From assembly GCA_045533675.1 (NCBI GenBank), contig JAZSIF010000023.1, positions 17,504-81,503 of the forward strand: a stretch of 64,000 bases of DNA, given 5' to 3'. Below the pieces are notes generated by a model, which searched no databases, was not told the DNA's origin, and saw nothing but the letters and a program-made list of their open reading frames with translations. This document shows positions 19,863 through 29,478 of the stretch, piece after piece. Numbering within the stretch: the first letter of the stretch is position 1; the number at the start of each line of letters is the position of its first letter. Origin of the DNA: Eubacteriales bacterium (GTDB lineage Bacteria > Bacillota > Clostridia > Oscillospirales > CAG-272). A program made the position numbers and the translations under genes.

Positions 19863-21035
19863 TCACAGGGAAATCTTCAGTTTTCTTGATATTTTTTCTC
19901 TCGCCGCACGGTCAAGAGACAAAATGCCTTCCAAATCGTGAACATTGGCGGCACTCTGCATTTCCTCCACCGTTTCGCAGACCTTCTCGGTAATCTCGTA
20001 GAACGGGATTTTTCCCTTCAAGAATTCCGCCACGGCAACCTCGTTTGCCGCGTTCAAAACGGCGGGAAGTGCCCCTCCCTTTCCAATACAATCTATGGCA
20101 CAAGGAAGAAGACGGAAGGTCTCTCCGTCGGGACAGGAAAAACTCAGGGTTCCGATCTCAAACAGATCGAGCCGATCAATCACCGCCTCGGTCCGTTCAG
20201 GATAGGTCAGCGCATATTGTGCGCAAAGACGCATATCGGGTACCGAAAGCTGGGCGATGACACTGTTATCAATGTATTCCACCATGGAATGAATTATACT
20301 CTCACGATGTACTACCACCGTGATTTTCTCCGCAGGCACACCAAACAAATGAACCGCCTCGATAACCTCAAAGCCTTTATTCATCAGGGTTGCCGAGTCA
20401 ATAGTGATCTTAGCTCCCATTTTCCAGGTCGGGTGCGCCAGTGCATCTTTCACACCGATAGAACGAAGCTCATCCACGCTTTTTCCAAAGAAAGGACCAC
20501 CGGACGCGGTCAGCAGAATCCGCTTCACCTCTTGGCTTTTCCCTGCCTGGAGACACTGAAAAATCGCGCTGTGCTCACTATCTACGGGAAGTATATCTAC
20601 TCCCTTTTGCCGAGCTTGTTCGGTAACGATCTCACCCGCCACCACCAAAGATTCCTTGTTTGCCAAGGCAAGTCTTGCGCCCGAGTCAATGACGGAAAGG
20701 CTTGGCAAAAGTCCCGCTTCCCCGATAATGGAGTTGAGAACCACGTCACGGTGCCCCTCTCGCGCCATATGACAAATGCCTTCGGAACCGCTGAATACAC
20801 GAATATCCGTATCAGCCAAACGAACCTTCAATTCTGCCGCCGCCGAAGGGTCTGCCATGGCAACCGATCGCACTCGAAATTTTCTTGCCTGCTCCTCTGC
20901 ACGACGATAATTGGAATGAGCGCTGATTGCGTCAACGGTCATACCAAGCTGTTCCGCCGCATCCAGAGCTTGCTCTCCAACCGAACCCGTAGAACCGAGC
21001 ACGGCAAGAATCTTTTTATTATCTCCGTCACGCAT
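19863..21035 (-). CDS. dxr: 1-deoxy-D-xylulose 5-phosphate reductoisomerase
   Basis: ILAVLGSTGSVG, LANKESLV and PVDSEHSAIFQC motifs. Confidence 0.95.
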   Translation of the reverse strand: MRDGDNKKILAVLGSTGSVGEQALDAAEQLGMTVDAISAHSNYRRAEEQARKFRVRSVAMADPSAAAELKVRLADTDIRVFSGSEGICHMAREGHRDVVLNSIIGEAGLLPSLSVIDSGARLALANKESLVVAGEIVTEQARQKGVDILPVDSEHSAIFQCLQAGKSQEVKRILLTASGGPFFGKSVDELRSIGVKDALAHPTWKMGAKITIDSATLMNKGFEVIEAVHLFGVPAEKITVVVHRESIIHSMVEYIDNSVIAQLSVPDMRLCAQYALTYPERTEAVIDRLDLFEIGTLSFSCPDGETFRLLPCAIDCIGKGGALPAVLNAANEVAVAEFLKGKIPFYEITEKVCETVEEMQSAANVHDLEGILSLDRAAREKISRKLKISL

Positions 21036-21050
21036 GATAAACGATGCTCC

Positions 21051-21890
21051 TTACATAAGCGGGATTCCCGTCAGGGTCACGAACATGCAGATCGCCCCCA
21101 TGCCGAGAGACACCGCCAAAATCGAATCAAAGCGGTCCAGCATTCCTCCGTGACCGGGGAAAAGCTTGCCATAATCCTTAATCCCGTAATGGCGCTTAAT
21201 GACCGACATAATGAGGTCTCCAATCTGAGAAACCACCGATACGATCACACCGCAGATCACCAAGAAAAGAATATTGGCATTTTGACCGAACCAATGATCT
21301 ACCACAAAGCCAAGGATCGCAAAGCCAAGGGCACAGAATACGATCCCTCCAATGCTCCCCTCAATGGTCTTTTTCGGACTGACATCCTCAATCAGCTTAT
21401 GCTTGCCGAACAAGAATCCCGTAAAATACGCAAAGACATCGGTGACCCATGCGCCGATAAAGATCAAAAGGTAGATGTACTTTCCGCTGTCTTGAAAATC
21501 ACGGACATAAAGGATCGACAAAAGCGCTCCGAGGATGTATACGGTCAAGGCGTAAGAGGTCAACACCTCTGCGAATGCCAGTTTTCCGTGGGACCAGATC
21601 ACAAGGGGAAACAGATAAAGAAGATACAATGCCGCCACCATAAAAGCAATGAGAGCAAATTGCGTACGGTTTTCCATATACCGAATCAAAAAGGGAGAAA
21701 CAAGCGCAAATAGGTAGGGCGGAAGAACCACCGCCACCCTTTTGTGCATTCCGATGCACTTAAAGATTTCATAAAGGCTTACTACCGCCACCAGAGCAAG
21801 CGCAATCGGCAAAGCGGGGGTCGATGAAAAAATCAATACGGGAATCAGCACGCAAAGAGCCACCAAGCCGGTCAATACTCGTGTCAACAT
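21051..21890 (-). CDS. cdsA: Phosphatidate cytidylyltransferase
   Basis: Membrane ORF with C-terminal GHGGMLDRFDS. ATG 21890 is preceded by TAAGGAG, immediately after the uppS stop. The track start is 21917. Confidence 0.9.
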   Translation of the reverse strand: MLTRVLTGLVALCVLIPVLIFSSTPALPIALALVAVVSLYEIFKCIGMHKRVAVVLPPYLFALVSPFLIRYMENRTQFALIAFMVAALYLLYLFPLVIWSHGKLAFAEVLTSYALTVYILGALLSILYVRDFQDSGKYIYLLIFIGAWVTDVFAYFTGFLFGKHKLIEDVSPKKTIEGSIGGIVFCALGFAILGFVVDHWFGQNANILFLVICGVIVSVVSQIGDLIMSVIKRHYGIKDYGKLFPGHGGMLDRFDSILAVSLGMGAICMFVTLTGIPLM

Positions 21891-21903
21891 CCTATTTGTC
21901 TCC

Positions 21904-22605
21904 TTATACTCCGCCAAATCGACGGTTTCTCTTTTTAAAATTCTCGACGATCTCGTCTACGTCACTGGTTTTAAAATCGGGCCAAAGCGTATCGGTAAAG
22001 TAAAACTCCGCATATGCCGCTTGCCACAAAAGGAAATTGGAAATGCGATAATCTCCTCCCGTGCGGACGATCATATCCAGCTCGGGAGATTCCTTGGTAT
22101 ATAGCTCAGAGGAAATATCCTCTGCAGTCACCCGCTCCTTCCCCTTGGCAATCAAGGCATTGGCAGCATGAACGAGCTCATCCCTTCCCCCGTAGTTCAG
22201 CGCAATATTGACGATGTAGGGATTGTGCTTGGAATCAAGCTCGATCTGTGTCATCTTTTGACGCATAGACTCGGAAAAGGGAGAACGGTCTCCAAGAAAA
22301 ATAAATCGAGCATCGTTTTTCTTCAATTCCACCACACACTCATCCAAATAATCCTCGAGTAAGGACATCAAGGAATCCACTTCCTTTTGTGGCCGTTTCC
22401 AATTTTCGGTGGAAAAAACGTAAAAGGTAGCTGCCTTCATTCCAATCTCACCGCAATAGCGCATGATCTTTCGGAAGGCATCGGCTCCGAATTTATGTCC
22501 CGACTCTCTGGGCATGAGCCTTTTTTTTGCCCATCGTCCGTTTCCGTCCATAATAAACGCGATGTGCTGGATCGGACAATCCTGTATTACCTGTTTCTTC
22601 GCCAT
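21904..22605 (-). CDS. uppS: Undecaprenyl diphosphate synthase (cis-isoprenyl transferase)
   Basis: HIAFIMDGNGRWA, FSTENWKRP and ISNFLLWQ motifs. Confidence 0.95.
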   Translation of the reverse strand: MAKKQVIQDCPIQHIAFIMDGNGRWAKKRLMPRESGHKFGADAFRKIMRYCGEIGMKAATFYVFSTENWKRPQKEVDSLMSLLEDYLDECVVELKKNDARFIFLGDRSPFSESMRQKMTQIELDSKHNPYIVNIALNYGGRDELVHAANALIAKGKERVTAEDISSELYTKESPELDMIVRTGGDYRISNFLLWQAAYAEFYFTDTLWPDFKTSDVDEIVENFKKRNRRFGGV

Positions 22606-22621
22606 AAAACGATCCTCCGAT

Positions 22622-22654
22622 TATAAAATCAGGACGGGCTAAAAACCCGCCCTG
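22622..22654 (-). terminator. Terminator/attenuator between frr and uppS
   Basis: Minus strand: cagggcggg-tttttag-cccgtcctg followed by attttat. Confidence 0.6.
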
Positions 22655-22669
22655 TATTCAGGTTCAGAT

Positions 22670-23224
22670 TTAGATCTGCATGATTTCCTTTTCTTTCTTC
22701 GCGGTCACTCCGTCGATCTCCTTGATATACTTATCGGTCAGGTCCTGAATCGACTTTTCGGATGCCTTCTGCTCGTCCTCGGTCATCTCGCCGTCCTTTT
22801 TCATCTTTTTACATAGATCATTGGCATCTCTTCTGACGTTACGAATGGCAACCTTGGCATCCTCTCCCGACTTCTGTACCTGCTTCACAAGCTCTTTTCT
22901 TCTTTCCTCGGTAGGCTGAGGGAATACCAAACGAATGACCTTACCGTCATTGGTAGGTGTAATACCAATGTCGGAAGCCAAAAGTGCCTTTTCCATTTCC
23001 TTCAAGGTGGTAGCATCGTAAGGAGAGATGGTCAGCGTCTTTGCGTCTGCCACTCTTACGTCCGCCATGGAAGTGATGGGCGTAGGAGCGCCCCAATATT
23101 CGAAATTCACCTTGGAGATCACAGCGGCATTTGCCTGCCCCGCACGGATCGATCCCAGGTTTTCCTCATAGACCGAGATGGCCTTCTTCATTTTCTCTTC
23201 AAAATCCTTGGTATTGAGCTTCAT
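22670..23224 (-). CDS. frr: Ribosome recycling factor
   Basis: 184-aa ORF with typical Frr sequence (LGSIRAGQANAAV, IRNVRRDAND). Confidence 0.95.
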   Translation of the reverse strand: MKLNTKDFEEKMKKAISVYEENLGSIRAGQANAAVISKVNFEYWGAPTPITSMADVRVADAKTLTISPYDATTLKEMEKALLASDIGITPTNDGKVIRLVFPQPTEERRKELVKQVQKSGEDAKVAIRNVRRDANDLCKKMKKDGEMTEDEQKASEKSIQDLTDKYIKEIDGVTAKKEKEIMQI

Positions 23225-23256
23225 AATCGTTCCTCCGTATGTATATAATCAAATTT

Positions 23257-23973
23257 TTATCGATGAATTTCGGTACCGATCTTCTCGCCCATGATCACTC
23301 GGTAAATGTTCATGGGATCCTTCAGCTCGAACGCATAAGCGGAAATATCGTTTTCCATGCAGAAGGTGGTTGCCGAAAGGTCCAGTGCCTTCAATTGCTT
23401 TGCGAGGATCTGTTCATAGGTAAGCTCATCGTAGCGAACCGCCGTGGGATCCTTCTTGGGGTCAGCGGAATAGATGCCGTCTATATTCTTTGCCATGAGC
23501 ACGACGTCCGCCTCGATTTCAGCCGCGCGAAGAACCGCAGCCGTATCCGTAGAAAAATAAGGAGAGCCCAAGCCACAGCCGAAAATGACGATCTTTCCCT
23601 CCTCCAATGCCTTGACCGCGTCTCTTGTCACGTAGCGATCGGCAAAGGTCTGCATTTCCACAGCAGTCATCACCTTAGTGTCAAGACCCTTCTGAATAAA
23701 GGTATCCTGAAGCGCCAAAGCGTTGATCGCGGTCGCCAGCATCCCCATGCTGTCAGCCCGTACACGATCCATCTTGCCGCCCTGTCTTCCTCGCCAGATG
23801 TTTCCCGCACCGACAATAATACCGATCTCTACACCTGCGTCGCGGCACTTTTTCAAAACGTCGGCAATGGAGGCAATGAAATCAAAATTCAAAATTCCGT
23901 CAGCACCTGCCGCCAATGCTTCACCCGAAAGCTTGAGAAGAACTCGCTTATACTTGGGACTCATATTTTCCAT
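23257..23973 (-). CDS. pyrH: UMP kinase
   Basis: YKRVLLKLSGEAL, VGAGNIWRG and GSPYFSTDTAA motifs. Confidence 0.95.
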   Translation of the reverse strand: MENMSPKYKRVLLKLSGEALAAGADGILNFDFIASIADVLKKCRDAGVEIGIIVGAGNIWRGRQGGKMDRVRADSMGMLATAINALALQDTFIQKGLDTKVMTAVEMQTFADRYVTRDAVKALEEGKIVIFGCGLGSPYFSTDTAAVLRAAEIEADVVLMAKNIDGIYSADPKKDPTAVRYDELTYEQILAKQLKALDLSATTFCMENDISAYAFELKDPMNIYRVIMGEKIGTEIHR

Positions 23974-24098
23974 ACGTCTTTATGCCTTTCCAAATCGTAC
24001 TGTCAGAAGCCTTGCGCATCGCAAGATTTCCCACATATTATTTTACTACATTTTTGTAAATTTGTAAACAGAAATTTTCAATTTTCTTATAAAAAGTT

Positions 24099-25415
24099 TC
24101 ATAAAATCCATTGCAGAACTCCCACCGCCGCCAAAAGCGTGGGAATGCCAATGAAAAGTCCATAGAGCACGAATCGTCCTGCCGACAGCTTCACCCCGTG
24201 TTGCTTGAGCAGATTAAACCACATAATTCCCGCCAAAGCTCCAACAGGTGTAATAAACGCACCGATATTGGAACCGACAATGGTAGCAAAGATCTGTGGG
24301 GGATTTCCTGCTACCGCAAGAATCTTACTAAACAAAACACTCATCGGAATATTGTTGAGTACGTTAGAACCAAGAAAGGACAAAATACCATAAGAAAATG
24401 CACTGGTGTCCCCCGATAACGCATTGCCGATCCACTGGGTTACACCGCGCAGCTCCAGAGCGAGGACCAATATAAACATCCCGATTACAAAAGGAATGAT
24501 TTCAAAAGGCATGCGCTTCACAGCTTCCGAAAGGACAGTAAGTTTTTTCCTTTGAAGGAGAAGACAAGCAATTGAAGAGATTACACAGGAGATTCCCATG
24601 CAAAGAGAGATCAGCCACATTTCAAAGCCGATGGTCTGCGATAATGCCAAGAGAATGACACATCCCGCCAAGTGCCCGAGAGAGAGCCACATAAGAGGGC
24701 GATTGGTGATGGGCTCTATTTTTGTTTCCACATGGATTCTTCCCTTCAAATGCTTTTGAAACAGCAAAAGCATCAAGCCGAGAGATACCAGTCCCGCCGC
24801 AACCGTCGGGAGCGCCATGGTCCAAAGATACTCCGAAAATCCGATATGGAATGCTCCCGATATGTAGATGTTCGTGGGGTTCCCGATCAAGAAAAACAAG
24901 CTCCACGTATTCGCCGCCACAAATTCCATGATTAGATACGGAACGGGATTGATATTTCCCGAACGGCAAAAATAACAAATAAAGGGGGTAAAGGTCAAAA
25001 TCACAATATCATTGGAGGTAAACACCGTCAAAAGAGAGATTACGGCATAGAGTGTCAAAAAAATCCGATACTGTCCGCCCCCCGACCTCTGAAGAATGAT
25101 CCCCGATACGTAGCCGAAAAATCCCGTTTGGTCGAGGACCAAAGAAAATACGGTCATGGACAAAAACAGAACCAAAATCCGCAAGGGATTCACCGAGGAA
25201 TCCGCCAAAAAAGACTCCGCAACCTGTCCAAGACTCACACATCCCGCCAAAAGCATAGTGAGGGCACCGGCCAAGGGAATCAAGGGATAGATCTTGATAC
25301 TCTTAAAATGCAGCTCTCCCTTTTTGTTCGTCCGTATCATGATGGCAGGGCAAAACAAGATCGAGACAATAAACAGAACCACGGTAATTCCCGCAATCCA
25401 CAAAACGACACTCAT
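24099..25415 (-). CDS. ArsB/NhaD (YbiR-like) superfamily permease
   Basis: 438-aa polytopic ORF. FTSNDIVILTFTP and IGNPTN motifs are typical of the citrate/arsenite-type ion transporter superfamily. Confidence 0.7.
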   Translation of the reverse strand: MSVVLWIAGITVVLFIVSILFCPAIMIRTNKKGELHFKSIKIYPLIPLAGALTMLLAGCVSLGQVAESFLADSSVNPLRILVLFLSMTVFSLVLDQTGFFGYVSGIILQRSGGGQYRIFLTLYAVISLLTVFTSNDIVILTFTPFICYFCRSGNINPVPYLIMEFVAANTWSLFFLIGNPTNIYISGAFHIGFSEYLWTMALPTVAAGLVSLGLMLLLFQKHLKGRIHVETKIEPITNRPLMWLSLGHLAGCVILLALSQTIGFEMWLISLCMGISCVISSIACLLLQRKKLTVLSEAVKRMPFEIIPFVIGMFILVLALELRGVTQWIGNALSGDTSAFSYGILSFLGSNVLNNIPMSVLFSKILAVAGNPPQIFATIVGSNIGAFITPVGALAGIMWFNLLKQHGVKLSAGRFVLYGLFIGIPTLLAAVGVLQWIL

Positions 25416-25460
25416 ATTCTAAAAATCTCCATGGATCGATTCCCCCTTTGGGGTCGATTA

Positions 25461-25489
25461 ATTATACACCCGTTCCCAAGGATTGTCAA
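25461..25489 (-). promoter_or_regulatory. Consensus promoter for the permease gene
   Basis: Minus strand: TTGACA (25489-25484), 17 nt, TATAAT (25466-25461). Confidence 0.6.
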
Positions 25490-25495
25490 CAGAAT

Positions 25496-26215
25496 TCATA
25501 GCATTCGCAACAAATACCCATAAGGCTCCAGTCTCGTTTTTCTCTCGCGCCAATCGGGCATCAGCTTGTTCATCAATTGGTGAAAATCAGGAGAATGATC
25601 CGCCACCAAAAGATGCGCCAGCTCATGGGTCGCCACGTATTCCATACATTCGGGCGGCGTACAGACCAAAAATTTATTAAAGGTGATCTCTGCCGAGGAC
25701 GCAAGACAGCTCCCCCACTTCCCCACCATACACCGATACCGAAGTGTAGGTCGGGGAAGCCCGTATCCATAGAAACGCTTTGCCGCTTCGTCCAAAACCA
25801 CAGGCATACTTTTTTCGGAAAGACGTCCCAGCTCCTCACGCAATGCCCTGCGGATCTGTCCCTCAGAATCCACATCGGGAACAGTCAAGACAAGTCGTTC
25901 CACGTATAAGGTAGCGCCTATCCGCTTTCCCTTGCTCACAATAATCTCTCGTTCTCTCCCGAAGATGGGCACTCTTCCCCCCTCTCCCAAATAAAATTCT
26001 CTGCGAGGAGCCGAGCAATCAATTCGAGCTCTTGCGCGCAGGATCATCTCCCGCTGAGCCACAACAAACCGATCGATCCGTTCGAAAGGAACACCATAGG
26101 GTGCGGAAACTGCCACACAACCATCTGAGCGCACACGAAGATTGAGATTTTTCACCTGCTTGTAGGTCAACTCGTATTCCATATCTTCCCCGCCGATTTC
26201 AACGATCCTCTTCAT
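25496..26215 (-). CDS. YgjP-like (DUF45/M48-related) metal-dependent hydrolase
   Basis: 239-aa ORF with C-terminal zincin motif ATHELAHLLVADHSPDF. Confidence 0.75.
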   Translation of the reverse strand: MKRIVEIGGEDMEYELTYKQVKNLNLRVRSDGCVAVSAPYGVPFERIDRFVVAQREMILRARARIDCSAPRREFYLGEGGRVPIFGREREIIVSKGKRIGATLYVERLVLTVPDVDSEGQIRRALREELGRLSEKSMPVVLDEAAKRFYGYGLPRPTLRYRCMVGKWGSCLASSAEITFNKFLVCTPPECMEYVATHELAHLLVADHSPDFHQLMNKLMPDWRERKTRLEPYGYLLRML

Positions 26216-26915
26216 TGAAAAAAACCTCCTTGTCGGTTTCCGAAAGAAAAACGGGAACCTCCTTCGTTAAGCACATGCTATCGGGCGTCACCTTACATTC
26301 TACTGCCATAACCTTCACCCCCGATGCTGCCGCCCGTCGCAGGGCGTCGCCAAAGGCGGGATGCGTCCGATCGTTTGGACGAAAGCACGTAACGCCCGAC
26401 ATTTGTACAACGAAAAAAATATAAGCTTCATACCCCTTTTCTCGACAGGCAATCAGTTCTTGAATGTGCTTTACTCCTCGTTCCGTAGGAGCATCGGGAA
26501 ACAGAACCGTTCCTTGCTCCTCCAAAGTAACTCCTTTGATCTCCAAAAAAATTTTTCGATCGGGGGTTTCCACGTAGAAATCGAATCGGGATGAGCCGAA
26601 GGTGGTTTCGGGACGAATATGGGTCGCATTCGGAAAGAGCTTGAGAATGTATTCCCCTGCCGCCTTGTTGGGTGCCTGACTGTCCATATTGATGAGCCTC
26701 TCTCCCTTTCGAACAGCAATAAGGTCATAGTCGGTCTTTCTTCCCTTGCCTCGGCAATCCTCTAAATACACGGTACTGCCGGGCAAAAGAAGTTCTCGGC
26801 AACGTCCCGTGTTCTTTACGTGGCAAATCACTTCCTTACCAAAGAGTCGTACTCTTGCTACAAAGCGGTTGATTCGCTCCATAAATTCAGCCTCTAAAAC
26901 CTTTTCGTACCGCAC
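26199..26915 (-). CDS. sfsA: SfsA family nuclease / sugar fermentation stimulation protein
   Basis: RINRFVARV...CHVKNTGRC...FPDAPTERGVKHIQEL. GTG 26915 lies 6 nt after a perfect AAGGAGG. The track start is 26936. Confidence 0.85.
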   Translation of the reverse strand: MRYEKVLEAEFMERINRFVARVRLFGKEVICHVKNTGRCRELLLPGSTVYLEDCRGKGRKTDYDLIAVRKGERLINMDSQAPNKAAGEYILKLFPNATHIRPETTFGSSRFDFYVETPDRKIFLEIKGVTLEEQGTVLFPDAPTERGVKHIQELIACREKGYEAYIFFVVQMSGVTCFRPNDRTHPAFGDALRRAAASGVKVMAVECKVTPDSMCLTKEVPVFLSETDKEVFFNEEDR

Positions 26916-26969
26916 AAAACTCCTCCTTATTTTCATTCTCTATTATTATACCAATTTTCTCTGTCTCCG

Positions 26970-27006
26970 TCAAGAGAAAAAGGGACTCGTGAAAACGAGT
27001 CCCTTT
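26970..27006 (-). terminator. Terminator after lipoprotein gene
   Basis: aaagggactcg-tgaaaa-cgagtcccttt, with a T-run on the minus strand. Confidence 0.8.
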
Positions 27007-27010
27007 GACG

Positions 27011-29275
27011 TTATGGTCTGGGCAAAGTAGTGGGGTCCTGTGTATAGTCTCGCTCTCCCACAAACGTGATCTCTCCGTTCAAGGGAAAAATAATCTGCTC
27101 CACAACGCCATCAGCATAGAAGCAGTTCTCAAAGCCTACCTTGAGAGCAAGGTCTCGATTGGGCTTCAAAATCCCGCTGGAGGCAATTGTCTTTCCTTCC
27201 ACCCGGTATCCAAGAGTTCTGTAATAGAAGGTATCCTTGGCGCAGGTCCAAAGAACGTAGGAATCCCCTCTGGTTGCGGCATCGTACAATGCCCACGTAC
27301 CGCCGCTGTGCCCGTGATGATTCACCTGGAAGATGTCGCTCTTCAACTCGTCTCCGTAAAGCTTCACCATCTTATCACATGCAGCAACCGATGCATCTCC
27401 CGTAAACAGAGCTGTATATCCGTTTTGACGAAGTCGGATCACAGTAGAGGTGTTGTTCGAATCTTCTATGTAGCCGGGATACAAATTTTCGTGAGTAAAC
27501 ACCACCTCAAGCTCGGTATTACAGAATGTAACAATCTGTCCCGTATGGGGCTTGATCAAAGGGGCATTCATTTGAGTCAAAAGCCCGGGAAGCACTTTGA
27601 AGTACCAACTTCCATCGCTTGCCATTGACAAAGAATTGGGATTGGCAATGAAATATTCCAACGTAACCTTGTCATGATACTTTGAAACAAAACTTTCAAA
27701 CGCTCCACAGTGGTCACCGTGAGGGTGGGACATAAACCACGCGGCTATGATCACCTTTCCGTCCTTGCGCCGGTTATGCTCCACCAAATAATTGTAGATT
27801 CTCTCGTCGTCTCTGCTTCCGGCATTGGAGCTGTAACCGCCGTCCATGACGATATACCGTCCGTCCTCCAAAGTGATCACATAGTTCATGCCGTGACCGT
27901 CATATCTTCCGTGATAATCTCCCCTGTGATCATAATGCAGAGACATGACGTGCAACGTTGCTTCAGTCACCTTTTCGTAATCTTGGCTGGCATCGGGGAT
28001 CATTGCCGTTGCCTTATGCTCATCGGCAAAGAGGTGCATGGTTCCGCCCGACTGCTTTGGATAGAAAGACAGACAAAGCTCCTTTTTTCCGTCACGATAG
28101 GTTCGGAACAGATTTTCTACGATCTGATTTTCCTGCCACAAGGTATATCCATCCGCTACGATCTTCTGGCAATATGCGGTAAATTCCGCCTTTTTCACAC
28201 CCGTGTAGCTGAACATCAAGGTCTGGTTCTCATTATCGATTTCAAGCTCGTTCACACCCTCTGTAAATTCGGGAAAATCCCAAAGGAAGCGAGTGTTCTC
28301 TCCCTTCCATTGCTTCGTCACGTAAAGTGTCATCTCCTTGCTTGCGGCATCCACCACATCTTTCATTTCTCGCAGCAGAATCTCGCACGCATATTTACGG
28401 GTCATGGCATAGTGACCTGCCACGATAAGCTTGTTTCCAACGACACGCACCGCGTATTCGTTTCGTTCAAGACCCGCATACGCCTGCTCGCACTCGGGAT
28501 ATCCAACGTCACCAATCAGAATGCTGTACGTATTCTCATTGTAGGTGGTCATTCCCGCATATACACGGTCGGGATAGTTCCCCGTATACTGCTCCAACCG
28601 TTCTTCAATGAGCGCGGCAATCTCTTCGTCACCGTCACCGGCTTTGCTCGGAAGCACAATGTTATATCGGATCTTGTTGTTTTGGTACAACGTTACCTCT
28701 TGAACGTCTGCCTTCTCCACCACGGAATGTCCTTTCTCTACACTGAGAACACCGTTCTCCGCCGTGGAAAGATACTCTTCATAGAACACATCCACTGCCT
28801 CGGACAACGCAAAGTCGGAGGTAGCGACGATCACGATCTTGTTTTCATGGAAAACGATGGCGTACTTCATCGCGTGGCTAAGAAGCTTTTTGGCTTCCTC
28901 GGACTCGGGCTGATTCGTAAGACCCAAGAGGATCTCTTTTCGGTTCGAGTCGGAAGCCAGCCCGTAATCATCGGTCACGGTAGGGTCTTCGTTTCCGAGG
29001 GACACCAAATATTCATAAAACCGCCCCATTGCGTCATTGAGCACCGTATTGCTACCTTGGGGGCGCACAACCGAAAAATCCGCAAGCGAATAACGGTACT
29101 TTTCCGTCTCCTCGCTATCGGTGGGAGTCTCCTGTCCCTCGGTCGGCGTCTCCCCAATCATGGAATCGGATTCACCTCCGTCGGAGGGATCTTTATTGTT
29201 ATTGCACGCAAACAAGCTGCCAAGAATCAATAACATTGTCAGTAAAAGTAAAATGTACTTTATCCCTTTTCTCAT
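27011..29275 (-). CDS. Large surface lipoprotein with C-terminal metallo-beta-lactamase-fold domain
   Basis: Signal peptide plus lipobox LFAC|N, a Thr/Glu/Ser linker, about 450 aa of unknown domains, then MSHPHGDHCG (HxHxDH) and a later HHGH. Confidence 0.8.
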   Translation of the reverse strand: MRKGIKYILLLLTMLLILGSLFACNNNKDPSDGGESDSMIGETPTEGQETPTDSEETEKYRYSLADFSVVRPQGSNTVLNDAMGRFYEYLVSLGNEDPTVTDDYGLASDSNRKEILLGLTNQPESEEAKKLLSHAMKYAIVFHENKIVIVATSDFALSEAVDVFYEEYLSTAENGVLSVEKGHSVVEKADVQEVTLYQNNKIRYNIVLPSKAGDGDEEIAALIEERLEQYTGNYPDRVYAGMTTYNENTYSILIGDVGYPECEQAYAGLERNEYAVRVVGNKLIVAGHYAMTRKYACEILLREMKDVVDAASKEMTLYVTKQWKGENTRFLWDFPEFTEGVNELEIDNENQTLMFSYTGVKKAEFTAYCQKIVADGYTLWQENQIVENLFRTYRDGKKELCLSFYPKQSGGTMHLFADEHKATAMIPDASQDYEKVTEATLHVMSLHYDHRGDYHGRYDGHGMNYVITLEDGRYIVMDGGYSSNAGSRDDERIYNYLVEHNRRKDGKVIIAAWFMSHPHGDHCGAFESFVSKYHDKVTLEYFIANPNSLSMASDGSWYFKVLPGLLTQMNAPLIKPHTGQIVTFCNTELEVVFTHENLYPGYIEDSNNTSTVIRLRQNGYTALFTGDASVAACDKMVKLYGDELKSDIFQVNHHGHSGGTWALYDAATRGDSYVLWTCAKDTFYYRTLGYRVEGKTIASSGILKPNRDLALKVGFENCFYADGVVEQIIFPLNGEITFVGERDYTQDPTTLPRP

Positions 29276-29315
29276 ACGGTCTCCTTTGTTTCAACCATAC
29301 AAAATTACCGCTACT

Positions 29316-29344
29316 ATTTTAGTATGTCTCGGTAAATTTGTCAA
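29316..29344 (-). promoter_or_regulatory. Promoter for the MBL lipoprotein gene
   Basis: Minus strand: TTGACA (29344-29339), 17 nt, TAAAAT (29321-29316). Confidence 0.55.
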
Positions 29345-29478
29345 CAGAATTTAAAAAAAGTTACAATTCGGTTTCATTTTATAAAAATTTACAAATCAAT
29401 AAACAATTCCTCCTAAACTTATGATACAATAAGTAAAACGACGTATTTCCGAAGAACGTTTCTTCGTTAAGGAGCCTT

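Noticed and set aside
19938-21713. 591-aa plus-strand ORF
   Set aside because: It is entirely antisense to the well-supported dxr and cdsA genes. Its composition is Arg/His/Lys/Gly-rich and non-protein-like, and it has no SD. It is a shadow ORF produced by the codon bias of the opposite strand.
27710-29233. 507-aa plus-strand ORF
   Set aside because: It is antisense to the MBL lipoprotein gene, which has a signal peptide, motifs, a promoter and a terminator. It is a shadow ORF.
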